A stretch of 64,000 nucleotides of DNA from an uncultured Desulfatitalea sp. (GTDB lineage Bacteria; Desulfobacterota; Desulfobacteria; Desulfobacterales; Desulfosarcinaceae), in NCBI GenBank assembly GCA_963668675.2, contig CAXXMB010000001.1, forward strand, positions 384,001 through 448,000, in the 5' to 3' direction. A program made the position numbers and the translations under genes. Shown piece by piece: positions 11,117 through 24,373 of this stretch. Positions within the stretch are counted from its first letter, which is position 1. Each line of letters opens with the position of its first letter. The notes beneath the pieces were generated by a model. The model ran no database searches, was not told the origin of the DNA, and worked only from the letters and a program-made list of their open reading frames with translations.

Positions 11117-12151
11117 ATGATAAAAGCAGGTGTTATCGGAGCCTCGGGATACGCCGGGGCGGATTTGGTGCGTATTCTTGCGGGTCATCCGCAGGTCTCT
11201 CTCGCCTCTTTGACCTGCCGGACGGATGCCGGGAAGCGATTCGACGAGATCTACCCGGCCATGACCGGTTGGGTCGACCTGGTTTGCGAAACATATGACG
11301 TTGAAAAGCTGGCCCAAGCCGTGGACGTGGTTTTTACCGCGCTGCCCCACCAACTGCCCATGGGCATCGTCCCCGAACTGCTGGACAAGGGGTTGCGTAT
11401 CGTCGATTTGTCGGCCGACTTCCGCTTCAAGGATCCCAAGCGGTACGAGGCCCACTACCAGGCTCACACCGCTCCGGATTTGTTGGCGCAGGCCGTTTAC
11501 GGGCTCTGTGAAGTCTATGCGGATCAAATCAGAGGCGCCGAGCTGATCGGCAATCCGGGCTGTTACCCTACCAGCTTGCTCCTGCCCCTTGTCCCTCTGA
11601 TCAAGGCAAACCTGATCGATACCGACCTGCTCATTGCCGACGCCAAATCGGGTGTCAGCGGGGCAGGGCGCGGTGCCAACCAGACCACCCATTTCTGCCA
11701 CGTAAACGAGTCGTTTAAGGCTTACAAGGTCGGTGGCCATCGCCACACGCCTGAGATGGAGGCGATCCTGTCCGAAGCCGGTGGGCACCCGATTCATTTG
11801 AATTTTGTCCCCCATTTGGTTCCCATGACGCGGGGAATGGAGACCACGATTTATACCCAGCCTCGCAACGGAGTGACCATTGACCAGATCGCGGATTGCC
11901 TGCAGACGTTCTATGAGGGGCGGCCTTTCGTAAGACTGCGCGGTGAAACACCGCCGGACACGCTGAACGTCAAAGGGACCAACTGCTGCGACATAGGGTA
12001 TAAGCTGGATCATCGCAACGGGCGGTTGATCCTGATGTCCGCCATCGACAACCTGGTGAAAGGGGCGGCAGGGCAGGCGGTCCAAAACATGAATATCATG
12101 TTCGAGTTGGATGAAACGGAAGGCTTGGATGTTTGCCCTTGCCCACTGTGA
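11117..12151 (+). CDS. argC: N-acetyl-gamma-glutamyl-phosphate reductase
   Basis: GASGYAG, DLSADFR, NPGCYPT, SGVSGAGR, HRHTPE, DNLVKGAAGQAVQNMN. Confidence 0.98.
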   Translation: MIKAGVIGASGYAGADLVRILAGHPQVSLASLTCRTDAGKRFDEIYPAMTGWVDLVCETYDVEKLAQAVDVVFTALPHQLPMGIVPELLDKGLRIVDLSADFRFKDPKRYEAHYQAHTAPDLLAQAVYGLCEVYADQIRGAELIGNPGCYPTSLLLPLVPLIKANLIDTDLLIADAKSGVSGAGRGANQTTHFCHVNESFKAYKVGGHRHTPEMEAILSEAGGHPIHLNFVPHLVPMTRGMETTIYTQPRNGVTIDQIADCLQTFYEGRPFVRLRGETPPDTLNVKGTNCCDIGYKLDHRNGRLILMSAIDNLVKGAAGQAVQNMNIMFELDETEGLDVCPCPL

Positions 12152-12285
12152 TTTCTTGACATCAATCCCGATATGAAATAATGGGTTAGACCATATCAAT
12201 AACCGAAACTACATCTTCAAAACGAATCACGATAGATATAGGGGATACCCCAAAATTCAACCATTCTGAAAGGAGAGAAGAGCAG

Positions 12286-13194
12286 ATGACCGCACAGCTT
12301 ATCAAGGGCACAGAGATTAGGGAGCAAATCCTTGAAGAGATTACTGCCGAAGTGGCTCAAATCAAGGAGAAGCACGGAGTGGTTCCCGGGTTGGTCACCA
12401 TACTGGTGGGCGAAAATCCGGCCTCCATCTCCTACGTCACCCTGAAGATCAAGACGGCCCACAGGGTCGGGTTCACCGAGATCCAGGACAGCCAACCGGT
12501 GGACATTTCAGAAGAAGATCTGCTCACCCTGATCGACAAGTACAACAAGGACGATAAAATCAATGGCATCCTGGTTCAGCTGCCCCTGCCCAAGCACATC
12601 GATGAAAAGAAGGTGCTCAATGCCATCGATCCGGACAAAGATGTGGATGGTTTTCATCCGGTCAACGTCGGGCGCCTGATGATCGGCGGCAAAGAGGTCA
12701 AGTTTCCGCCCTGTACGCCTGCCGGCATCCAGGAGATGATCGTGCGCGCCGGTGTTGAGACCAGCGGCGCAGAGGTGGTGGTTGTGGGACGCTCCAATAT
12801 CGTCGGCAAACCGATTGCCAACATGATGGTCCAGAAGGGACCGGGCGCAAATTCCACCGTAACCGTGGTTCACACACGCACCAAGGATCTGGCCGCCCAT
12901 TGCCAACGGGCCGATATCCTGATCGTTGCTGCCGGCGTGCCCAACCTGGTCAAACCCGAGTGGATCAAACCCGGCGCTTGCGTGATCGATGTGGGCGTTA
13001 ACCGCGTGGGTGAGAAGATCAGCGAAAAGACCGGTAAGAAAATTGCAATCCTGCGCGGCGACGTTGATTTCGATACAGCCAAAGAGATCGCTGGTTTCAT
13101 TACACCGGTGCCTGGCGGGGTTGGACCGATGACCATCACCATGCTGATGCTCAACACGCTCAAGTCTCTCAAGTTCAAACTGGGATTGGAATAG
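12286..13194 (+). CDS. folD: Methylenetetrahydrofolate dehydrogenase/cyclohydrolase
   Basis: GILVQLPLP, KDVDGFHP, PCTPAG, GRSNIVGKP, TPVPGGVGPMT. Confidence 0.98.
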   Translation: MTAQLIKGTEIREQILEEITAEVAQIKEKHGVVPGLVTILVGENPASISYVTLKIKTAHRVGFTEIQDSQPVDISEEDLLTLIDKYNKDDKINGILVQLPLPKHIDEKKVLNAIDPDKDVDGFHPVNVGRLMIGGKEVKFPPCTPAGIQEMIVRAGVETSGAEVVVVGRSNIVGKPIANMMVQKGPGANSTVTVVHTRTKDLAAHCQRADILIVAAGVPNLVKPEWIKPGACVIDVGVNRVGEKISEKTGKKIAILRGDVDFDTAKEIAGFITPVPGGVGPMTITMLMLNTLKSLKFKLGLE

Positions 13195-13287
13195 ATTTAG
13201 ATTTGGGTATCCATCGGGCCCAGAGGGCACAGAGCTGTCGCTGTCAGGGCAATGGGTGGGTGCCTCTCGAACGGTTTAGAGGGATAG

Positions 13288-13318
13288 ATACGCGGGCGGG
13301 TGAACCCCGCCCGCGTAT
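13288..13318. terminator. Perfect 13-bp hairpin after folD (REP-like core)
   Basis: ATACGCGGGCGGG-TGAAC-CCCGCCCGCGTAT. Confidence 0.55.
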
Positions 13319-13361
13319 ATAGCGAAAACCCAACAAATTCAAAAGCAAAGAGCCGTCGAGG

Positions 13362-13390
13362 TTGACAGGTACCCGACCGTATGATATTTT
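13362..13390 (+). promoter_or_regulatory. Possible sigma70 promoter upstream of the M23 peptidase-secA genes
   Basis: TTGACA-N17-TATTTT with an extended -10 TG. Confidence 0.45.
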
Positions 13391-13647
13391 GACGCCATCT
13401 CTAATCGACAATAAGTTTAACCACCTGAATTTTCATCGTATATAATGGTTTGGCGAAACAAGGGAGTTCAGGTGTTCAATATAGATATCAAATAGATTCA
13501 GGTGCTAATTCAGCCGGGACGCCATCGTCTGACGGTGAAGCGTTGTCAGACGAACGCTCTGCACACTGCAGACACCGGCAAACCAACCGTTAGCAGTTTC
13601 TCCAAGCGCCCATATTTAGAGCAGATCCGATCAGCACAGGTTTGATT

Positions 13648-14574
13648 ATGAAACAAAAGCTCTCTCTTATTGTCCTGGGTGGTTCCGGTTCGAAAATCAG
13701 GCAGATTCATCTGACGGGCAGACACGCCGCTTTTTTGGCATTGGCCGTCTGCGTGACCGTCACAACCCTCCTGTATGGTGCTGTAGACTACGTGGTCATG
13801 CGCTCCGAGATGACCGATAAAGGGATGATTGAACGGCAATTGGCAGCCCAAAACGAAGAGGTGTCGCTGCAGAGGCGCCAGATCGAGAAATTTGCCCAGG
13901 ATATCAATGACCTTAAGGCGCGGATCGTTCTACTCGATAGATTCGAAAAGAAAATCAGGCTGCTTGCCAACATCGATCAGCCTGGAGATACAGATGGACT
14001 GTTCGGTGTAGGCGGTTCAACTCCGGATGATCTCGATCCCAAGGTGGAGGTAAATCAGGCACAAAACAGGCTCATCAAGGATATGCACCGGCAGGTCAAA
14101 GTGCTCTCCAATGCCTCCGCAAAACAAGAGAGTACGTTGACGCTGCTCTTGGGCCAACTGGAGGAGCAGAAGAATGTGCTGGCGCACACACCGGCCATCC
14201 GACCTGCACAGGGATGGATTACCTCCCGATTCGATTACCGTGTTTCCCCGTTCACCGGGCGGCGGGAGTTCCACAAGGGAATCGATATCGCCAATCGTAA
14301 AGGTACCCCGATCGTCGCTACTGCTGATGGCGTCGTCTCCTTTATGGGCGACAAAGGCTCGCTGGGCCAGGTTGTGATCATCGACCACGGTTACGGCATC
14401 GTGACCCGTTATGCCCATATCGATAAGGGGCTGAAACAGAGAGGAGAGCGGGTCCGTAGAGGCGATGTGGTCGCGCTCATGGGAAATACCGGGCGCAGTA
14501 CCGGCCCCCATCTGCACTATGAGGTGCGATTGAACGGCGTTCCGGTCAATCCGACAACCTACATTCTCAATTGA
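13648..14574 (+). CDS. M23 family peptidase (membrane anchor + coiled coil)
   Basis: HKGID, TRYAH, GNTGRSTGPHLHYEV motifs; N-terminal TM segment. Confidence 0.93.
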   Translation: MKQKLSLIVLGGSGSKIRQIHLTGRHAAFLALAVCVTVTTLLYGAVDYVVMRSEMTDKGMIERQLAAQNEEVSLQRRQIEKFAQDINDLKARIVLLDRFEKKIRLLANIDQPGDTDGLFGVGGSTPDDLDPKVEVNQAQNRLIKDMHRQVKVLSNASAKQESTLTLLLGQLEEQKNVLAHTPAIRPAQGWITSRFDYRVSPFTGRREFHKGIDIANRKGTPIVATADGVVSFMGDKGSLGQVVIIDHGYGIVTRYAHIDKGLKQRGERVRRGDVVALMGNTGRSTGPHLHYEVRLNGVPVNPTTYILN

Positions 14575-14802
14575 CCGGCTGATCGTGCCACCCGTCATCG
14601 AAAATCCCACCCCATCATTATCGAACAGCAGTTGAGAGACCGTGCGGCCGCCCGCTGTCCGCAACCATAGAATTGCCTTGAGTCTGCCTGGAAAATATTT
14701 TAGGCTGGCCGTGATTTCATCAGGAGCGACCGCAAAGTGACCTCTTTCGCAGCAAGAAATCCGGCCGCTCCAAAGGCAATTTGCAATTATTGAGTGCTCT
14801 TT

Positions 14803-14859
14803 CCGTCATGGCGGATCATGTCCGGCATGACGGTATGATGACTTTCTACGAGTTCGTCA
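14803..14859. repeat. Remnant of a GTCAT-hairpin MITE-like element
   Basis: CCGTCATG...CATGACGG hairpin followed by ACTTTCTACGAGTTCGTCA, whose reverse complement matches the left TIR at 44848 in 17/19 positions. Confidence 0.7.
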
Positions 14860-14899
14860 TCATTGAAATAGACAAATCCCAGGAAGGACTTTAATCCTC

Positions 14900-17431
<2,532 letters not shown>

Positions 17432-17454
17432 ACGCCAACGGAATCACCAATAGA

Positions 17455-17916
17455 ATGATGCATATCGGGATTATCTCTGACACACACGGATTTTTAAGCA
17501 AGTCGGCAGTCGATGCATTGAAAGGCGTGGACCACATTGTGCATGCAGGCGACGTCGGCGGACCCGAGATTCTCCAAGCGCTCAACCTGATCGCACCGGT
17601 CACTGCGGTGCGCGGCAACACGGACGGCGGCAGTTGGGCCAAGCAGTTGCCGCCAACCAATATGATCTCGATAGAAAATGTGACACTCTATGTCCTGCAC
17701 GACCTGCACACGCTCGATATCGATCCTGAAACGGCCGGTATCACGGTTGTCATCAGCGGTCATACCCACCAACCCGAAATCAAAAACGCAAACGGTATCC
17801 TCTACTTCAATCCCGGCTCTGCCGGCCAGGCCAGAAATGGCGGCCCATTGAGTATCGGCCGGATCACAATATCGGACAGCGGCAGCCATCCCGAGATCAT
17901 AGTTCTGAGGCAATAG
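17455..17916 (+). CDS. Metallophosphoesterase (YfcE/MJ0936 family)
   Basis: ISDTHG, HAGD, VRGNTD, GHTH, NPGS. Confidence 0.9.
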   Translation: MMHIGIISDTHGFLSKSAVDALKGVDHIVHAGDVGGPEILQALNLIAPVTAVRGNTDGGSWAKQLPPTNMISIENVTLYVLHDLHTLDIDPETAGITVVISGHTHQPEIKNANGILYFNPGSAGQARNGGPLSIGRITISDSGSHPEIIVLRQ

Positions 17917-17963
17917 AAATCGGGATGAACCCGCAGAAAGTTCTTCGAAACGGTACACTGCAT

Positions 17964-18089
17964 AAGTCCCCCTTTTCCAAAGGGGGATTTAGGGGGATTT
18001 TAAGTTGTTAGAAAAATAGTCAATAGGTTGCAGTCAATGCGAACCCAGCAAAATCCCCCCCGGCCCCCCTTTGAGAAAGGGGGGAGACG
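17964..18089. repeat. CCCCCTTT/AAAGGGGG double-hairpin intergenic repeat, copy 1
   Basis: Ends are near-identical to those of 50659-50784. Confidence 0.85.
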
Positions 18090-18135
18090 GTACCGGGAAA
18101 TGCTTTGCCAAACGGTACAACGTTCATCAACTCGC

Positions 18136-18165
18136 CTGGATGCCGGGTCAAGCCCGGCATGACGG
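18136..18165. repeat. GTCAT-family hairpin repeat (CTGGATGCCGGGTCAAGCCCGGCATGACGG)
   Basis: Reverse-complement relative of the core at 44874-44903. Confidence 0.75.
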
Positions 18166-18360
18166 GTAAGTGGCTCTGCACTGTTATGGCCTTCCCGATT
18201 AAAGAATTTGCCTATCGGATCGATAATCTATTCAAACAAAACAGAGACGGGGGCTTTCGTATCTATACAAATTCAACCCCTTTACAAACTCCGAACCTGA
18301 TGCTTATAATTGACTTCAGCCGAGAATGAAGCAGAAGAAAGCCGTTGACGATACGATCAC

Positions 18361-18675
18361 ATGAGTCAATATCTGCCCGAAACCATAGGGGATGTTAATG
18401 CCAAGACCGAACATGACCTCAATGAACCGGCCATGTACAAAGTCTTGCTTCACAACGACGACTACACAACCATGGAGTTCGTCGTCCAGGTCCTCATGGT
18501 GGTTTTTCACAAATCCGTCGAGGATGCGACCCGCATCATGCTCAATGTACACAAGCAGGGAATCGGTGTGTGCGGCTTGTTTACCTACGACATTGCAGAG
18601 ACCAAAGTCGAGACCGTCACGCGAATGTCCCGTGACAACGGACATCCTTTAAAATGCACCATGGAGAAAGCATAA
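18361..18675 (+). CDS. clpS: ATP-dependent Clp protease adaptor
   Basis: YKVLLHNDDYTTMEFVV, MLNVHKQG, HPLKCTME. Confidence 0.97.
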   Translation: MSQYLPETIGDVNAKTEHDLNEPAMYKVLLHNDDYTTMEFVVQVLMVVFHKSVEDATRIMLNVHKQGIGVCGLFTYDIAETKVETVTRMSRDNGHPLKCTMEKA

Positions 18676-18679
18676 GACC

Positions 18680-20929
<2,250 letters not shown>

Positions 20930-20961
20930 CGAAACCGTCGTCTTAATTTCACTCTTAAAAT

Positions 20962-20993
20962 GTAGGGGCGGGGTTCATCCCCGCCCGTTTTTT
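20962..20993 (+). repeat. REP copy followed by a T-tract (REP shaped like an intrinsic terminator)
   Basis: GTAGGGGCGGGGTTCATCCCCGCCC-GTTTTTT. Confidence 0.85.
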
Positions 20994-21022
20994 CTTCTCG
21001 GTTCGTATCAAACGTAACAACC

Positions 21023-21703
21023 ATGCCTGTTTTCCAACTTTCAGATGATCCCGTCTTCCCACCACCCCACCTGGCCACCAAAGAGGGGCTGCTGGCCGTG
21101 GGCGGGGATTTAGATCCTGAACGACTCCTTGCCGCCTACCGGCAGGGCATCTTCCCCTGGTACTCGGACGGTGATCCCATCCTGTGGTGGTCGCCAAACC
21201 CCAGGATGGTGCTCTATCCTCAAGAGTTTAAACAATCCAGATCATTCAAACGAACATTGCGCCGGGGAACTTATCGGGTCTCCTTGGACACCTCATTCGA
21301 ACGCGTCATCAAAGCGTGCGCAAAACTGAGACGTGAAAACGGCGAAGGAACCTGGATTACAACGGAGATGATCAGTGCCTACGTCAACTTACACACTTTG
21401 GGCTACGCCCATTCTGTAGAGGCGTGGCACGAAGGAGAGCTGGTTGGTGGGCTCTATGGTATTGCTTTGGGACGGGTCTTTTTCGGTGAATCGATGTTTT
21501 CAACCATGAGTGACGCCTCAAAAGTATGTCTATACCATCTTACTGAATTTCTATTGAAATATCAGTTTTTAATCATTGATTGCCAGGTTCCTACCGCACA
21601 TCTGATGCGATTGGGGGCGCGCAACATTGCCCGCCAGGATTTTCTCGCGGAAATAGAGAAGGCCCAAAAACTCCCCTCCTTGAAAGGGGCTTGGCAAATT
21701 TGA
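21023..21703 (+). CDS. aat: Leucyl/phenylalanyl-tRNA--protein transferase
   Basis: GLLAVGGDL, AYRQGIFPW, WWSPNPR, AHSVEAW, FFGESMFS, DASK. Confidence 0.97.
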   Translation: MPVFQLSDDPVFPPPHLATKEGLLAVGGDLDPERLLAAYRQGIFPWYSDGDPILWWSPNPRMVLYPQEFKQSRSFKRTLRRGTYRVSLDTSFERVIKACAKLRRENGEGTWITTEMISAYVNLHTLGYAHSVEAWHEGELVGGLYGIALGRVFFGESMFSTMSDASKVCLYHLTEFLLKYQFLIIDCQVPTAHLMRLGARNIARQDFLAEIEKAQKLPSLKGAWQI

Positions 21704-21978
21704 CTCACTTGATTGTATTGGATTTGTCTAAGCCTGTATTCCCTTCGGTTAGAGCAAAGGCGCATCAATTGGATTTTCAATCGTCTTGCTATCAAAATAA
21801 TATTGTTGTATATATGGTACGTTATCCTTCATAAAACCGAAGGCATAGAGCCATCATAACCGTTTGAGTTGGGTGTTCGAAGTAGAGAACGCGCAAAATC
21901 GAAGCCGAAAGAGAGCTGGCAGCAAATTACATTCCGCTAATTGGAGGTAACGTCACTTTCAATTTTAAGGAGCGGCAG

Positions 21979-22350
21979 ATGGGTTCATCTTATAAAGTCC
22001 TTATCATCGATGATACAGAAGAAGTGCTGTCCGCACTTTGCAAATATTTTAAGCAAAAAGGATATGAGGTTTTATCCGCATCCAATGGATTGGATGGGCT
22101 TAAAATGATTGAATCGGATAAGGATGACCTCGATATCATCATTACCGACCTGGTGCTGCCAAATATCAGTGGCGTGGCTGTTATCTCCATCGTCAAAAAG
22201 AAATACCCGCTCTTGCCGGTTATTGCGATCACTGGCTGGGGTGAGCACCCTGAGGCGCTGGCGAAAGAGGCCAAAGCTGATTTGGTGATGGAAAAACCGT
22301 TTAAACTGCCGGAACTCGAAAAAGCTGCCAGGGACCTCCTTGTAAAATAG
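21979..22350 (+). CDS. Stand-alone response regulator receiver protein
   Basis: VLIIDD, ITDLVLP (phospho-Asp), ITG, KPF; no output domain. Confidence 0.92.
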   Translation: MGSSYKVLIIDDTEEVLSALCKYFKQKGYEVLSASNGLDGLKMIESDKDDLDIIITDLVLPNISGVAVISIVKKKYPLLPVIAITGWGEHPEALAKEAKADLVMEKPFKLPELEKAARDLLVK

Positions 22351-22362
22351 AGATTGTGAAAA

Positions 22363-23412
22363 ATGGGACCACCCATAATAGGCGTTAGCGAAAATATCCA
22401 AAAAATAAAAGAGCTTGTAGAGCATGTGGCTCACACAGGCTTTAACACAGTTATATTCGGAGAAAGTGGTGTGGGCAAAGAGGTTATAGCCCAGAATCTT
22501 TATCAAAAATCGCCACGTATAGGAAAACCATTCGTTAAAATTAACTGTGCAGCACTGCCTGAGGGACTTCTCGAGAGCGAATTGTTCGGTTATGAACGCG
22601 GTGCTTTCACAGGGGCGGAACAAAAGCGAAGAGGCAAATTTCAGCTTGCCCATGGCGGCGTGCTATTGCTTGATGAGATCGGGGACATGTCACTTGTTTT
22701 GCAAGCCAAGCTGCTCCACGTATTGCAAAGTGGTGAATTTGCTCCGTTGGGATCAGAAAAAGAGGTAAAAACAGATACATGGGTTATTGCAGCAACAAAC
22801 CACGATCTCAAACAGGATATCAGCGATGGGAAATTTCGTGAGGATTTGTACTATCGTTTGAATATCATCAAAATTTATATGAGCCCATTGAGAGAAAGGC
22901 CTGAGGATATTGAACCACTCATTTCTTACTATCTAGAGCAGTATACATCGCAGTTGGGATCTATAAATATCGAGGTTCCTGACAGATCTATCATTGAGAG
23001 ATTGAAACAATACCATTGGCCAGGAAATGTCCGCGAACTTCAAAATGTTCTAAAGAGGATGCTGGTACTGGGGGATTGTAGCAAAATCATCGATGAGTTG
23101 TTCGATGGTATGGATAAACCAAATAGCAAGATCCCTTTTATCAAATCTGATCAGGAACAGACCCGCAAACACTCTTTTCTGGATTTTGGGGGTAAGGAAT
23201 TTATCGATAACAGCTCGTTTTCTCTGAAAGCAGCTAAGAAAAAGGCTGTTGATAAAGTTGAAGAAGAGATAATTTCATATGTATTAGAAAAAACGGATTG
23301 GAATAGAAGCAAGGCGGCAAAAATACTTAAAGTAAGCTACAAGACATTGCTGAATAAGATCGCAGAGCTAAATATCAATCCACCTTCAAACAATAGGGAT
23401 TCCTGCGATTAA
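22363..23412 (+). CDS. Sigma54 enhancer-binding protein (AAA+ and HTH; no N-terminal sensor)
   Basis: GESGVGKE, ESELFG, GAFTGA, LDEIG, FREDLYYRLN, WPGNVREL, Fis-type HTH. Confidence 0.95.
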   Translation: MGPPIIGVSENIQKIKELVEHVAHTGFNTVIFGESGVGKEVIAQNLYQKSPRIGKPFVKINCAALPEGLLESELFGYERGAFTGAEQKRRGKFQLAHGGVLLLDEIGDMSLVLQAKLLHVLQSGEFAPLGSEKEVKTDTWVIAATNHDLKQDISDGKFREDLYYRLNIIKIYMSPLRERPEDIEPLISYYLEQYTSQLGSINIEVPDRSIIERLKQYHWPGNVRELQNVLKRMLVLGDCSKIIDELFDGMDKPNSKIPFIKSDQEQTRKHSFLDFGGKEFIDNSSFSLKAAKKKAVDKVEEEIISYVLEKTDWNRSKAAKILKVSYKTLLNKIAELNINPPSNNRDSCD

Positions 23413-23598
23413 ATATTGCCAGATTTATTCTCATAGAGAAACTTATTACCTACCCATATATTTCCTTTTAGACATGTTTTGGCGAAATATTTATACCTTT
23501 CAAACTAAACCCTTTTCAAATATTTACAAAAATAAATAAATACAAACACTTAATGGAGTGATTGGGCTTCCATTACTTTTCTGTCTATAATGCCAAGC

Positions 23599-23614
23599 CG
23601 GTATTGATATTGCA
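23599..23614 (+). promoter_or_regulatory. Candidate sigma54 (-24/-12) promoter upstream of the microprotein
   Basis: CGGTATTGATATTGCA: GG and GC at the required spacing, TTGCA intact. Confidence 0.45.
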
Positions 23615-23784
23615 TATTATCTTTTGTTATAGAGAACTGCAAAAATGCAAAACGGATCTATATGAATAAAAATCAGAATAGGCATTTTGCAGTGCCGATG
23701 GGAAAGAAAATGGCGTCTCAGACAACATGCAATGAACATCATTGAATTTCGATCCTATATCCCCTGTATCTGGAGAGGGCGACA

Positions 23785-23961
23785 GTGAACATAAAAATGA
23801 ATGATAATGGCGGACGAAGGAAAAAGTCTGATCGCCGGCAATTCGAATATACATTTCACATACCTGAAAGAAGAGATGGAAGCGACCGGCGTGAGGGCAG
23901 TGATCGGCGTGAAAAGGATAGGGAAATCAGAAGGCAACTTGACATTAATCAGACTCAATAA
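23785..23961 (+). CDS. 58-aa Arg/Asp-rich microprotein with (D/E)RR repeats; not in the ORF track
   Basis: GGAGAGG RBS then GTG (alternative ATG at 23797); MNIKMNDNGGRRKKSDRRQFEYTFHIPERRDGSDRREGSDRREKDREIRRQLDINQTQ. Confidence 0.75.
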   Translation: MNIKMNDNGGRRKKSDRRQFEYTFHIPERRDGSDRREGSDRREKDREIRRQLDINQTQ

Positions 23962-24229
23962 AATTTCTCTCCTCAAAACGATACGTCCACCCTCCAAAAT
24001 CTGCATTGCCCGCCAGGTGTGGCATTGGTTTCCTATCATTGCGGTGAATTATTCCACAAAGTGGCAAGTGATTACTCACCCTCTTGGAGCCTTTAAGCGC
24101 TGATAAGGTTCTCCTTATATTTGCGGCCAATGCTTTCTTTTCTTACATAAACACATAACTAACTTAAATTATAGTAAATATAAATGTAGATGGGTGATGA
24201 TAATAATCCCTGTGGACAAATGTTTTTTA

Positions 24230-24245
24230 TGGCATGCAATTTGCG
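24230..24245 (+). promoter_or_regulatory. Sigma54 (-24/-12) promoter at the head of the EPS operon
   Basis: TGGCATGCAATTTGCG vs consensus TGGCACG-N4-TTGC, one mismatch. Confidence 0.75.
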
Positions 24246-24373
24246 TAGATCTTGTGCAGTTGTATACAGAAGGGCGTAAAAATCCAATTGGATCTTATAT
24301 TTGATGTACAGTTAGTCTGCAATTCATGAAGTTTTGAACGTTATATATATCGTGTCTGAAGAAATGAGTATGG

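Noticed and set aside
23801..24103. 100-aa ORF from the track
   Set aside because: Overlaps the RBS-supported microprotein in another frame and has no recognisable motif
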